64,000 bases of DNA from Balanoglossus misakiensis (GCA_040954595.2 CM082590.2:6200001-6264000), one strand, 5' to 3'. Positions 11,684 through 23,835 are shown, counted from the stretch's first letter. The notes: generated by a model not told the origin, from the sequence alone. Program-made: numbers and translations.

Positions 11684-12668
11684 TTAAAGAAAGTAATGTA
11701 AATTTAAAAAAACAAACAACATATATCTGATTGATACTTTTTGTTATGTTTTAGCATTATGAAGCTGACTTTTCATTCTTGTTTTGTAAACCAATCATCT
11801 TGTGCAGGTGGTGTAGAACTGTTTCTAGTCGAACACCATTAACATCAATGGAATAAAAAACACAGTCATTTGATTAAGCCATGAACAATGTATTTAGCTG
11901 AATACAACTTCTCTACTGGCGAAATCTGACGCATGGAACGCCAGAGACAAAGAACATGTAGAAGAATATGTAGAACTTCATGACCTCTGCGCGTGATCTG
12001 TGCCGTACAGAAGTTATCTTTATGAGTGATGCGGTGTATTGAAAGGAACTACTTTTTTCATTCTCTCTGTACGTGTTGTCGGTCATTCCATGGACGTCCA
12101 TGGTCATTCTTGTGATGAAGGACAGTCATCTGTGTGGTTTATCTCACAAAACAATGCATTCCAAACAATGGTGTTTGTTGACCCTGGCCCGGTTTCTTTT
12201 ACAATAACGTGCTCATCAAACCGCGACTTCATAAGTGTACTCACGGTCACCAAACTCAAAGGTGCACTTTATAGTACAGTATAACCCAGAAAGTATATCT
12301 CGGTTTTTTGGCAACGAACCAATCAGTCTTGTTATGCAAAACACTTTGTTGCACTGTTTATATATAGAGAGTTCTGTTGCCATCGTCCCAGTAGTTCGCG
12401 CACTTCTGCATTGAAGACAACTTCCAAATACATCACTGGTTGTAACACTGAAGCTGAAAAATGGGGTAGGTTTCAAAATTCAGTGGTTTTATTTGGCTAC
12501 CATACTCTTTGCTGCCATGACGAAATATCGCCTGCTGACATTTTCATTTTACTCAGTATCGTTGTGATGGATCAGATGCTTTGGTCTTTCTGTTAAATAT
12601 CTGCATTGATAACTTCAACATTTGCTTTACGTGAACTTGGTGGACTTTTTATCTTTAAACTTTGTTAA

Positions 12669-12999
12669 AGGGACAAAGTGTCTCTCGCTGCCCTTTTTCC
12701 ATTAATAATATTTGATAAGAGACACTGTTTATATTATTCTACAAGTGGATATATAGCGAGTCAACGTTCAACCACACACAACTTCAATCCAACTTGTAGG
12801 CACGAGAGTGAAAAACTCGCCTAAATGAATATCGGTGTTTACCATTTATTCATTTTGGCTAGATTTTTACTCTTATATCCTACAAACGGGATGAAAGTTG
12901 TGTGTGGTCGAACATTGATTCGCTATATATTCACATGTAGAATAACATAAACAGTGTCTTGCATCAAACATAATTAAGTGAGAGAGAGACTTTGTCCCT
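12669..12999. mobile_element. Palindromic MITE, family AGGGACAAAG (Kolobok-like non-autonomous)
   Basis: TTAA|AGGGACAAAG...CTTTGTCCCT|TTAA; nearly the whole element is an inverted repeat. Confidence 0.85.
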
Positions 13000-13136
13000 T
13001 TAATATGGGGATTGGAGCGGTAAAAGACTCAGAAAACCTCCCGGTACTTATGCCTTATGCCATTCCACTACGTTGCCAGTGGGTCCCTTTGTATTCCTTC
13101 ACGAAATCAACTTCTACCACGTAGAATATTATCACC

Positions 13137-13153
13137 ATGTACACGTTTCTTAG
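13137..13153 (+). CDS. Surface-protein gene A, coding exon 1 (MYTFL + 2 nt)
   Basis: atcaccATG context, AG|GTtggg donor; phase 2 matches the next exon and completes a signal peptide; conserved at 54476-54492. Confidence 0.65.
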
Positions 13154-13532
13154 GTTGGGAAACAGCACTCATATTTAGCGATTTTAATACTTGTATATAG
13201 TTCAGTGCCTACATTTGCATGGGCTAATGTTTGCACAGTTTGAAAACAAATTATGATAATTATCCCCAAAGTTGTAGCTTATGTGCCTTTAAAAGCCTTA
13301 CTCAACAGTGGGTCAAATCTTTTGTTTTCAGAAACAGTTACGTGCTAAGACAAAGGCTTTCATGTTTGAAACCATTGTTCTGCCCTGGGATCGAGAGATG
13401 GGCTTTTAATGAAGTATTTCCTTGAACAAATTGCGTGTATTGAATACAGACGAGAGAAACACAAGATGTGACTAACGCTGCGCGTTTGTAATGTTTCACT
13501 CCTTTTCTTTGCATTCATTCATTCAATCACAG

Positions 13533-13603
13533 ATCCCTCTGCCTGCCACTGGCTCTTGTCTCCCTACTCGGTTTCCTGTCTATATGCCAGGCTCAAATTC
13601 CAG
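13533..13603 (+). CDS. Surface-protein gene A, exon 2: signal peptide (R-SLCLPLALVSLLGFLSICQA-QIP)
   Basis: aatcacAG acceptor, CCAG|GTatgt donor, phase 2/1; hydrophobic core and C-Q-A cleavage-like site. Confidence 0.8.
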
Positions 13604-14511
13604 GTATGTGTACACTGCAAAAAAATATAGCTGCAAGCAGCAGTAGCAGGGCCCTCGCCAAACTGGCACATGGCGTGAATGGGGTCAACATAGGTCAACC
13701 ATCGAATTTGCGCACCATAACAGTGGAAGAGGTCAAGTGTGAGACTCCATCAGGTGTTCCATCCCTCCAAATGCCAAGGCTGTATGTGCTCTGGATGCCG
13801 AGATATGGGAAAGTAGGTCAGGGTCACCTAAGGTCACCCAAAATTTTGGCAGAACATTTTGACCCCATACTGGTTCATGTCCAACATAAACCAGACCTCT
13901 AGCCCTATTGGTCCACCTGGAATTAGGCATGCACATAATTAACCTTCGATTGTGATTCGTCAATACGCCATCACGTGACCTTAGGCATCAGTTCGATCGG
14001 TTTCTGCCCGGTACTGTTGCCTGGATGTGGTGTGAGTCGTGTTTTGTGTGTTATAAAACACATGGTGACTGACATATTCAGACAACAGTGTATTTTTGAT
14101 GACCTCAGGACTGCCAGTCACACCAAAACAGTCTGTTTTAGTTGTGACTAGCAGCGCTCTCGGTCATCAAAATACACCGTTGCCCTCATTGTCAGTCATC
14201 ATGTGTACACTGTTGCCCTCATTGTCAGTCATCATGTGTATACTGATCACTGGGCGTAACCGTTCACGCTGTGTACCAACCAGCCGATCAATTCCCGAAA
14301 GTAGTTCCGGTCACACAATGAAAATCGGTCCATGTATTTCCACTAGTAAAATAGACCCTGAAGACTCGTCATACCCTCACTGTTAAACACAAGCAGGTGG
14401 GAACAAACCATTAAATAGTGATAATAACAAATAAATGCGTCATCAATTACGAATTAATATTTAATTATGTACAAATGTAGAAAATCAGTGTTTTTGTTTT
14501 TCGTGTTTCAG

Positions 14512-14913
14512 ATGACATGGCAGCGACAACATTAACGGTAACCGTACCAGACCCAACAACAGGTGGATTTACTGATGGGACGGGTGTATTTACCACCTTT
14601 ACACTTGCATATACTGTAACAGGGGCTGGAGCAACACCTAGCGCTGTGAAGATCTACTTCAGCAACGCTGACGGCTCAACAAAGTCGGCTGAAGTCACGG
14701 CAGGTGGTATGGATGCACCGCCTGGCACTATACAATACGGAGCTTCTGGGAGTTTCCGGGACCTCACGGCTTCGCTAATACTCTATACCGCTAACTGTGC
14801 CGCATACACCAAACTGTGTGCTGCCATCACAGTGACGGATGATGACGCCACCAACAACGAGGCGTGTGTTGACTTTGGCACTGGCGCTGACAAAGCCGGC
14901 ACCAAAATCTGTA
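14512..14913 (+). CDS. Surface-protein gene A, exon 3: ~134-aa Thr/Ala/Gly-rich 4-Cys domain 1
   Basis: gtgtttcAG acceptor, A|GTgagt donor, phase 1/1, 402 nt; paralogous to exon 4 (YFSNADGSTKS, NCAAYTKxC, ITVTDDDxTNNxAC). Confidence 0.85.
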
Positions 14914-15256
14914 GTGAGTATTCAATTATTGCGGAACTATTCTTTGCTATCAATCACGTGATCTGGCCACTAAAACAAATGGATGTAAATGTACTCCACT
15001 GAGACATTATAGTTTTCTTTTTCATTGAAATATTTCACTTTCTTTTTTTAAAATTGCCTGAATTTCTGACTGTACTGAGATTTCTTTAATTTTTTGGCAA
15101 TTTGTCATAAATGTTATCTTAATATACTAACAGACAAAATAAGCTCAATTGTCTCTAAGAAATACATTTACATAAGTGCAGAATGTTTGGAAAACATGAA
15201 TATTCCTTTATCGTATCTGATTGTTATGGGACGGTGGTGACATGCATGCACATTAA

Positions 15257-15596
15257 AGGGACAAAGCCCCCTCTCGCTGCCCGTTTGCCATTAATTATGT
15301 TTGATAGCAGACAATGTTAATGTAATTATACAATGTGGTTATAGCGAATCAATGTTCAATCACACACAACTTTCATCCCACTTATAGACATAAGAGTGAA
15401 CAACTCGCCAAAATGAATAATCGGTATCTGCTATTTATTCATTTTGGCGAGATTTTTACTCCCATATCCTACAAACGGGATGGAAGATGTGTGTGGTCGA
15501 ACGTTGATTCACTATATATCCACATGTAGAATAACATAAACGGTGTATCAAACATAATTAATGGAAAAAGGGCAGCGAGAGAGTGATTTTGTCCCT
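15257..15596. mobile_element. Palindromic MITE, family AGGGACAAAG, intronic
   Basis: TTAA on both sides, full-length inverted symmetry. Confidence 0.85.
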
Positions 15597-15600
15597 TTAA

Positions 15601-15842
15601 TTAACCCTAACACTGCCAAGTCGGTTGAAACTGGTTTGATTTCCAGGGTGCCTAGAATCCTGGCTCCCAGGCCTGTTAGACTGCCAAGTGTGTGTTAATC
15701 AGTAGGGCCTCTACAAGACCCTTAACCCTAACACTGCCAAGTCAATTGAAACTGGTTTGATTTCCAGGGTGCCTAGAATCCTGGCTCCCAGGCCTGTTAG
15801 ACTGCCAAGTGTGTGTTAATCAGTAGGGCCTATACGAGACCC
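15601..15842 (+). repeat. Two near-identical 121-bp tandem units starting TTAACCCT
   Basis: 15601-15721 and 15722-15842; the TTAA-CCCT start resembles a piggyBac-type terminus. Confidence 0.8.
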
Positions 15843-15960
15843 TCAGACCAAACCAGTGCAAATCGGTACGATGGCGGCGAGAGAGAGACTTTCTCCCTTT
15901 AAATTTGAAACACAAATGAAAGTGCAAAGTAACTGAGCAACACCATGTCTTCCTTTTTAG

Positions 15961-16371
15961 ATGATATTGCTGCTTCGACATTGACGGTAACATCGCCTGC
16001 TCCTGCAAGTGGGGTATTCCGCGTTGGAGAATCCGTCTCCACCACTTTCACATTGGCATATACAGTAACTGGAAATGGCGGGTCGCCTAGTGACGTCAAA
16101 GTGTATTTCAGCAATGCCGATGGCTCCACGAAATCAACCGAAGTGACCGCGACTGGGAGCAATGCACCTGGCGGGACAGCAGTAACGGCGTCCGGAAGCT
16201 ACGCCGATCTGGTTGCGTCACTTACCCTCGACGTGACTAACTGCGCCGCCTACACCAAAGTCTGTGGGTCAATCACAGTGACGGATGATGACGTCACCAA
16301 CAACGCGGCCTGTGCTGGTTTTGGTACCACTGCTGCTCAGGCAGGGACGAAGAACTGCACTGCAGATGCAG
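15961..16371 (+). CDS. Surface-protein gene A, exon 4: ~137-aa 4-Cys domain 2
   Basis: tcctttttAG acceptor, GCAG|GTaacg donor, phase 1/1, 411 nt. Confidence 0.85.
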
Positions 16372-16595
16372 GTAACGTCTGAATTTATTCAGTGTATGTC
16401 CAGCACCAGCAATGATGAAAATTTAAAGGCCAAAAACGCCCAGAATGGGGAAACATGCTCGTATGTTTCAGTTTTCTAAACCAGAATATAAAGGCTGATG
16501 ACTCAACTAAGTACAAACAACTTTTCTGATTATAGAGAAGAAATAGTACTTTTGGCTCTAAACTGATTTTCCTGGGGTGAATAATTATGTTCTGT

Positions 16596-16637
16596 TGATT
16601 GATTGATTGATTGATTGTTTGATTACTTGATTGTTAG

Positions 16638-16670
<33 letters not shown>
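16596..16670. repeat. (GATT)n and (GTT)n microsatellites
   Basis: Direct reading. Confidence 0.9.
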
Positions 16671-16671
<1 letters not shown>

Positions 16672-16745
16672 AGAATTTACACATATGAGAGGTTGTGTAA
16701 TGAACATTGGATGCCGCCCTGCACCAACCGGGAATGTAGCGTTAA

Positions 16746-16936
16746 AGGTATACAGTCACCTCCAATTAATTTACACACGCCCATATATGGCTGAAATGGC
16801 GTATTTGGGCGTTGTAAAGAACATATGGTGGCGCTCTTTCTTTCGCGTGTGCCACCCACTGAAAATCAGTGAATTGCTAGATCTCATTTTGCCATTGTAC
16901 AACTATAGCTAATTTTTAATAGGTGACTGTATACCT
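16746..16936. mobile_element. 191-bp MITE with 16-bp TIR AGGTATACAGTCACCT (Kolobok-like)
   Basis: Perfect TIRs flanked by TTAA on both sides. Confidence 0.85.
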
Positions 16937-17015
16937 TTAATGTACCACATGTAATGATAATGTATTGATGTTTTCTTTCTTTCATGTGCTTGTATCACAC
17001 TCAATAAATTGACAG

Positions 17016-17042
17016 ACGTGACAACCGAGTCCCCAACAACAG
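17016..17042 (+). CDS. Surface-protein gene A, exon 5: 27-nt Thr-rich stalk micro-exon (DVTTESPTT)
   Basis: tgacAG acceptor, ACAG|GTaggg donor, phase 1/1. Confidence 0.6.
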
Positions 17043-17434
17043 GTAGGGCTGGTCAACCATGCCTCTAAAGTGAACTTTTTATGCATAATTTGAATTATCC
17101 GGCATTAACACATGTCTGTCTGTCTGTCTGTCTGACTCTCTGTCTGACTCTCTGACTCTCTGTCTGACTCTCTGTGTGTATGGGATTGTGTGTTGAAAAA
17201 ATGAATTCTAGTCCGGACTAGAATACAAACTTTGCACAATAACTATGATGACTATACATATAGGTTTTGTTAATTAGTTAGCTTGATACTGGTCACTTCA
17301 CCATTCTTCGGGGATTTGAACAAGAAACTACAGTAGTGATACAAAACTTACTGAAAACAGCGGAAAGTTAGAGTTAATGGAGAGAGAGAATAATTATAAT
17401 AATGTTATGATGCTAACTTTTCGTTTTCTGCCAG

Positions 17435-17517
17435 GTTCTACCGGTCACATGACAGTCACATCCGTGATTGTATTCTTTATCACCATCGCAACCGCCTTCT
17501 TGTGCATTTTGAAGTAG
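17435..17517 (+). CDS. Surface-protein gene A, last exon: GPI-anchor-like signal (GSTGHMTVTSVIVFFITIATAFLCILK*)
   Basis: ttttctgccAG acceptor, phase 1; small residues, spacer, hydrophobic tail, then stop; the spliced CDS totals 1011 nt. Confidence 0.8.
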
Positions 17518-17606
17518 ACATTCAGGTATCCAGCCTATAGAGTAAGTAATATAACACGTCGTTGATTTCAAACAGTGCATTTTGATTGTGATCATTCAAA
17601 ATTTTA

Positions 17607-17692
17607 AAGGGACAAAGTCTCTCTCTCACTGCCCTTTTCCATTCATTATGTTTGATACAAGACCCCGTATATCCCTATATCATCTTGTCCCT
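17607..17692. mobile_element. 86-bp internally deleted MITE, family AGGGACAAAG
   Basis: TTAA|AGGGACAA...TTGTCCCT|TTAA. Confidence 0.75.
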
Positions 17693-20334
17693 TTAACTCA
17701 TTTTTGATGTTTGAAATAATTTTCACAATTTCTCCCCTCCTAATTCACAGATATCAACGGGCTGCCCGAACGAATGAAATGAGGAAGTGACGCCATGTTG
17801 AATTTACATATATTAATAATTTCCGGTTGATAGCCAGCATTGTGTCTTATGTAGTGATAGTCAGATCTCATAAAAGGGAACTTTTCAAACAAGGGTAATA
17901 CATACAATGAAAATAACGCTGCATCCACAAATACCTGAAGTGAGGTCGGTATTTTTCGGGAGATGTTGCAATGAAAAATTGAAATTCAAATGGAGATATC
18001 TTCGCTTTGTATACTAGTATGCTTTTTAGATTACGTCATCCAGCTATGATTAACTCCAGTTGATGGCAAATACCATTTTGGGTATATTTTTTTCTTTGTG
18101 AAAAAATATTGATAAACAAACCTTTAACATGAAAATTGCCCTACCCATGGATTCGGGTCAAATTTGCCCATATTACGCTATAAGGCTCCATAGAAAAAGT
18201 CCGATGGTAAACAACATGCTTGAATGAACCGCCGTTACTACACGAAAAACTGTAACGTCACAATCACGTGATCTTTTGTTTACTCTAACAACAACTTACT
18301 GCGCAAGTGACGTCACATTGTATGGGTACGTACCCATAAAATTTATTATTTCTATTTTTTACATACTGAACCATGACAACTGACCAAGTCACACGTGAGT
18401 TGTTTTATTTATTTTATTTTATTTATTCTTTATTTCAGGCCATATGCCCATACTGTAAAAAACATACAAAAACAAAAACAAAAACAACTCCATAAAAAGA
18501 GACACAAAGAAAAAAAATCCATAAACCAATATTTTATTTTGGCAAGTAAAGTATTATACAAACAAAAGTTGGGAGTTTTATGCTACAAAGTAAATTGTCA
18601 TTATCATCAACTGGATTTTTTTTTTAGATTTTCCTCGTACAGTGAGCGAAGTGTATGTAATTTGGATGGTGAATCAGAATCAATGTTATGAGTATTATAC
18701 CAGAAAACAAAGAAAATTAAATTTAAACAACCGGTTCATTTTAATACACATAATTTTAATAGCATGTCCTTTGTATAAATTCCCAAATCTCAAAGGCCCC
18801 TCTTATTATTTGTGAAAGCAACGTCTATCAAAACCATTTAATAAATCTTCATAATTCTTGAGATAAATTCATTATCATTATTTTCTTTTTTAGTTTAACA
18901 TTTTCAATCTTGTCATAATGACGACATTGTAGAATTTTTTTAATTTACTGAATGTTCGTCTACGTTTCCAAATAGTGAGTGTTGTTTAATTCTTAATCTA
19001 TAACTATGGCACGACATTTTGGACGGTGTTAGTTTATGACGATGCTATGGATGACGTCAAATGAAATGTTTGTCAAGACATTTTGTGACGAGTGTATCAT
19101 TTGTTCGCACGACTCCGTATCCGAGACCGACTCCCGCTAGAGGGCGTACTTTCATATGGCCTGTCATGTCATGACATGGATATATTTGAGGAATTTGTCA
19201 AACACAAATTCACATTACCAAGACGTACATTTTTGCACAGATTGTTGAAGTGTAAGTTTACTGTGCGAATTTACAGTCAAAGGGAATAAATTGTTGGTAG
19301 ACCAGCATTTCTTTGTCTTTTGTATTCTTGTTTATGAACCACAAAATTATGTTTGATACAAGACACCGTTAATGTTATTCTACATGTGGATATATAGTGA
19401 ATCAACGTTCGACTACACACACCTCCCAGGACAAAGTCTCTCTCTCGCTACCCTTTTTCTATTAAATTATAAAACTGCGAATAAAACCACCGCCTATTCT
19501 GGCATCGCAGAAAATGTTGCCGTAAAGGGGCCGTGGTTTAAGACGATGTATTGGTGTAATAATTTTGTGTCATTTACAACTCTGTTCCATATTCTGAATA
19601 CTAGTATATATCGCAACATCATCAGCTTGGTCTAGTGCCCTCTATCACATCTCAGTAAGATAAGCCTCACGTTGGCTTCCCGCCATCTTGGGAGCTGTTT
19701 CATTTTGTCACCTACCCACCTCTTCCCCATCTTGTTTGTTCCCACTTTCTCTTGCTCATTTCTATGTCGTTTGTGTTTTTATCTCTCGCTGTTTCCTTCA
19801 GCTTGCTAATCCTTTTCTGGTTTCTTGTCTATGATATTTGGTGTACTTCTTTACTGTTGACAGTTTATTGTTCAATAAATCACTGCCTTAACTGCCAAAC
19901 CCATCTTTGTGTTTGTTGTTGTAAATCCATTGCAAATAGCCGTTTGAATTCTAGCTCATGATAATCCTGACTTTATCATGATCTGGTTGAGAAGTGTTTC
20001 TTTATGCTGCTTGATTGTGTGTTTGAATGGTGGAGTATTTCTCTACCAACTAAACAAACATTCAGAGCTACATATTAAAGAGTTTATTACACCTATCAAA
20101 AAATATTTTTCATTGTTTGACTGTAAACTAAAATTGCATTCATGATTTGAATTCTGGTGTCGTTTTTTTTTTATTCTCGTCGATGAATAAATGTTACCCT
20201 AATAAATGTTCACTCCTTCAAAAAAATCTCTGTCTGAACGGCCCCGTTACATGTGACGTCATTGGGGGCTCTCCTTCGCTTTTAGTCTACAATTCATCGC
20301 ATCGAGAGGCGTACATGTCGTCTACTTGACTTTT

Positions 20335-20608
20335 ATGGCGTCAACGGTAAACACGGTCAGTGACGAGGCATTTTGTTGGGAGAGTATAAGATTCAGACAG
20401 TAGCGATGGAGAGTTTTGGGCTCTTCGTCGCTGCTTTCAAGGAAATTCCTGTCACAGCCGTATAGATTTGAACCAGCAAGGCGTGAGGTGAGGTCTCTCC
20501 TCAACCTGTTCGGGCTGGTGGGGAATCCGTCGATGTACCGAGCGAAGAAATGCCTGCAAACGCGGGTCGAGATTCGCCAGAGTCTTCTCGAGTGGGAAAT
20601 ATAGATTG
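20335..20608 (+). pseudogene. Frameshifted first exon of KolX-like (P2X7 C-terminal-like Cys domain) protein
   Basis: MAST...DSDSSD...QPYRFEP...SRVGNIDW across frames, followed by a GTgaat donor; motif recognised from memory of this family. Confidence 0.65.
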
Positions 20609-20904
20609 GTGAATAAGCATCATTTTCTGTTTGTTTGTTTTTATTTTACAATAAATATTCAGGGAGTGGTTCAGTGAAACTCAAATATTCTCGTAGCCGA
20701 TCTGCCTCCCCGATACGGAGGTCTGCGCTCGTCTGATCACCGATATATACACTAAGAACCCGGTGCGCGGCACTACGCCATGCGATTGCCGACACGGTCC
20801 GTACTAAAACATCATTGCTGACATCTCAGTTGTGAAAAAAACGTAATGGGACGACAAATTTCATACATAAATATCACAGATAAACTCCCTGTTCACAAGC
20901 GACC

Positions 20905-21098
20905 GGTTACCCAAAACTGGCATAACACCGGTACAGTTCCATTCATCATTACCTTTACGGTGATGTAGTGACCTTTGGGCCGTTTTGTACGAAGCGCTCC
21001 CATTTTTCTCTCAGTCCTTTGCTTTTCGGAAATCTATGTACACTATGTACACTACGGATAGTGTTTTTACAGCCCCCGACGACGCATCGTTTGATAAT
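20905..21098 (-). pseudogene. THAP zinc-finger remnant (N-terminus of Kolobok transposase)
   Basis: Minus strand reads IKRCVVGGCKNT...VHRFPKSKGLREKWERFV...GTVP; the second Cys/His part is missing. Confidence 0.75.
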
Positions 21099-21429
21099 AA
21101 TGATGGAAACGCGGGACTCTCGCTTTGGGCTAAGCTGTGCAACGATATCACTGTTTACATACTGGCAACGACTTCCCCCAATGACGTCATGTCACGTGGT
21201 CTATACGCGGCAAATACGAATTGAGATTTTTTCTGAGGGACATGAATTTCGACGATTTTATTAATGAATCATTAATTATAGAAAACCACAGCCAAAATAT
21301 AATGTCTTGATTTGGATAAAATGGTTATTTTACTAAATGAATCTTTTACACTCAAATGAAATAAAAATAGGTGTAATAATTCCTTTAAATGTGTTGCGTG
21401 GTTTCAAATGCCATAAATCTAATGGGACA

Positions 21430-22077
21430 AACAGTATTTAATCTTTACGACCTAGAGTAAGTTGCTTCTGATTACAAGCTGAATAGGCTGTATGACAATT
21501 AATTCAAAAACAAATCACCAGATTGGAATATCAACAAAAACAATACTTGATGTATATAGTCCAAAACATCATAGCTGGAAGGTCAAATATATGAATTAAT
21601 TTTGTAGTGGTAATGTGATGGAACGGATGTCCTCCATACTCATTTACTTAGTACCAGTGGGAGAGCGCTGATAAGAATGAATAGTGGTTGGTCTATGTTT
21701 GAATCAATTTTAGTCAAAAGTACTAATGTGGATGAACGGTGGTGATAAATATGAACAGTATTTAATCTTTACGACCTAGCGTAAGTTGCTTCTGATTACA
21801 AGCTGAATAGGCTGTATGACAATTAATTCAAAAACAAATCACCAGATTGGAATATCAACAAAAACAATACTTGATGTATATAGTCCAAAACATCATAGCT
21901 GGAAGGTCAAATATATGAATTAATTTTGTAGTGGTAATGTGATGGAACGGATGTCCTCCATACTCATTTACTTAGTACCAGTGGAAGAGCGCTGATAAGA
22001 ATGAATAGTGGTTGGTCTATGTTTGAATCAATTTTAGTCAAAAGTACTAATGTGGATGAACGGTGGTGATAAATATG
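21430..22077 (+). repeat. Near-identical 324-bp tandem duplication
   Basis: Units start aacagtatttaatctttacgacctag at 21430 and 21754. Confidence 0.92.
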
Positions 22078-23672
22078 ACACACAATTAACACTGGCACAC
22101 ATGGAGTCTCACTGACTCCAAATGTATTCAGATGAAGGTGTAGGGTAGATTCTGCAAGCAGTTGCCTAACAAAAACATTTACATTCGTTGCACATGTGAG
22201 GGCGTTGTATCCGGTTGACTTGGTGTGCGCCCAGAGAGGGGACAACATGGTACAGGGATGGAAATCAAAAATTGGCCTGACCTGTCTAAAACTGTTTGTC
22301 AACGTGGGTCTGATACTGTTGTTCTTATCAGTGCGTGTGTTGTGGGTCATGTGTCAATTGCCCTTCAAACATGTCTCGCCTCATAAATTCTTGATTGATA
22401 AGCCTCTTCAGTTCCCTCTTTGTGCTGAATGTTATAGTTTATCACATGAACTGGCCCGTTTAGCTACCTGTGTGCCGTAAAAAGGTCGAATAAAAAATCA
22501 GAATTTATCCCCTGTTCTACGTCATCAACCGGAATTATTTTCGCTGATTCGGCCGTCGCTGTAACTTTCTTGTAAAACGGAATAACAAGTGCATGTACCC
22601 GTGGTGTACATAATTGAAATAAAAATGACGGTTCCGTGAGAATATCGCTGGGTAAAATCAATACGAGATACGAGAAAGGTAGAATTTGAAAAGTCGACGC
22701 TACGATCGTGGATGTGTGCTTGCAGCTAGCGAGCCTGGTCCCGAGCGAGCCAGCAGACTTGATATTAGGCTTACGGAAGTTACGGAAATGGTTTCGAGTC
22801 AGCTGTGCGGGACAACTAAAACTCTGTATTCTGTCCACCCGTCAACAAAATGTATAAGACGTGGAAAAACGTCGCAGTTCATTTGTTAAAGAGTTGAAAA
22901 CATTTGTCTGGGGTCCGAGGCTGAGATCTGTACGGGGCTTGTATTTCGGCGGAAACACAACGGCGCTGACTAGCCAGGCCGACGCAAACGTAACCTTGAA
23001 CACCGTTCCTGGACTAAAATGTTTAATATCCTGTCACATTAACGGTTTGGGGATATATGGCAATAGACTTGTGTTTATTTTTTCATAAAGTTTTGCATGA
23101 AGCGTGTCACTTTTTCTGTCAAACAGCAACTCGACGAACTCGACGCGATTACTTGCTAGGACGTTGTGTTGACACGCACACAGCGCGAGACGATGATTGA
23201 CAGGCAAAATGTATCAAAGTTGGCCCATGTGACTGACTCCGCGAATCTGATTGATAGTTTTTTATAAACCTTCGTCATGCTACGTTTAACTGTACATGTA
23301 TAACAAAACTACCCGTCAAAATTTGACTTATTTCCGACCCATCGGTCATTGTGTTTCTGTCCAGTGTAAGCGCACTGGGCAAGAACAACGTATAGTGCGA
23401 CAAGTGTCGCATAACAACTATAAAACAGTGTATTACTCCGCCTGACTACAGACAAGACGCAAGGTGTATAAAACTTGAAAGTCGATTTCACTTTATGAAT
23501 AAAAGTGATTCCATCATTAGCATATCTTGTGAGGGTCACAGATCGTTGCACAGGGGAAAGAACGTAATCCCGCTAAATAAACTGCAAGGCCGCTCGAAAA
23601 TTTTAGCAAGATATTGGAATATTTTTATTCTACCTCTTCTAACGAAAAATGAGAAGACTGTTCATGTGATAA

Positions 23673-23835
23673 ATATATAATCCCATGATATTTTTCTTTG
23701 ATTAACGTCATCGTATACTCGTGGTTTTCACGAAGGCGTACAACTTCTCATCTACGGCTGGAAGTTGCACGGCTCCGCGAAAACCACTCGTATACGATGA
23801 CGTCAAACAAATAAAAATATCATGGGATTATATAT
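23673..23835. repeat. 163-bp imperfect palindrome (hairpin-type element)
   Basis: atatataatcccatgatattttt...aaaaatatcatgggattatatat with paired internal arms. Confidence 0.85.

Larger units (their letters stand above)
1..14137 (+). repeat. Segmental duplication, copy A (left end outside the window)
   Basis: Colinear with 44313-55931; identity ends after ...cacaccaaaacagtctgtt; the ~430-2170 portion is much more diverged. Confidence 0.92.
20079..21384. mobile_element. Internally deleted Kolobok DNA transposon (1306 bp)
   Basis: TTAA TSDs; imperfect TIR AGAGTTTATTACACCTAT / AGGAATTATTACACCTAT; empty site in the paralogous repeat at ~27024-27055 (gctatataTTAAgtgtgttgagtggtttc); KolX and THAP remnants inside. 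Confidence 0.85.

Noticed and set aside
11759-11808. Alternative first exon (MKLTFHSCF...) for the surface-protein gene
   Set aside because: It ends in phase 1, incompatible with the phase-2 signal exon; the 13137 exon fits
11900-12650. Decayed protein-coding sequence on the minus strand
   Set aside because: Coding-like composition, but multiple stops and no motif I can recognise
16631-16912. Poly-Val ORF
   Set aside because: Translation of a (GTT)n microsatellite plus a MITE within an intron
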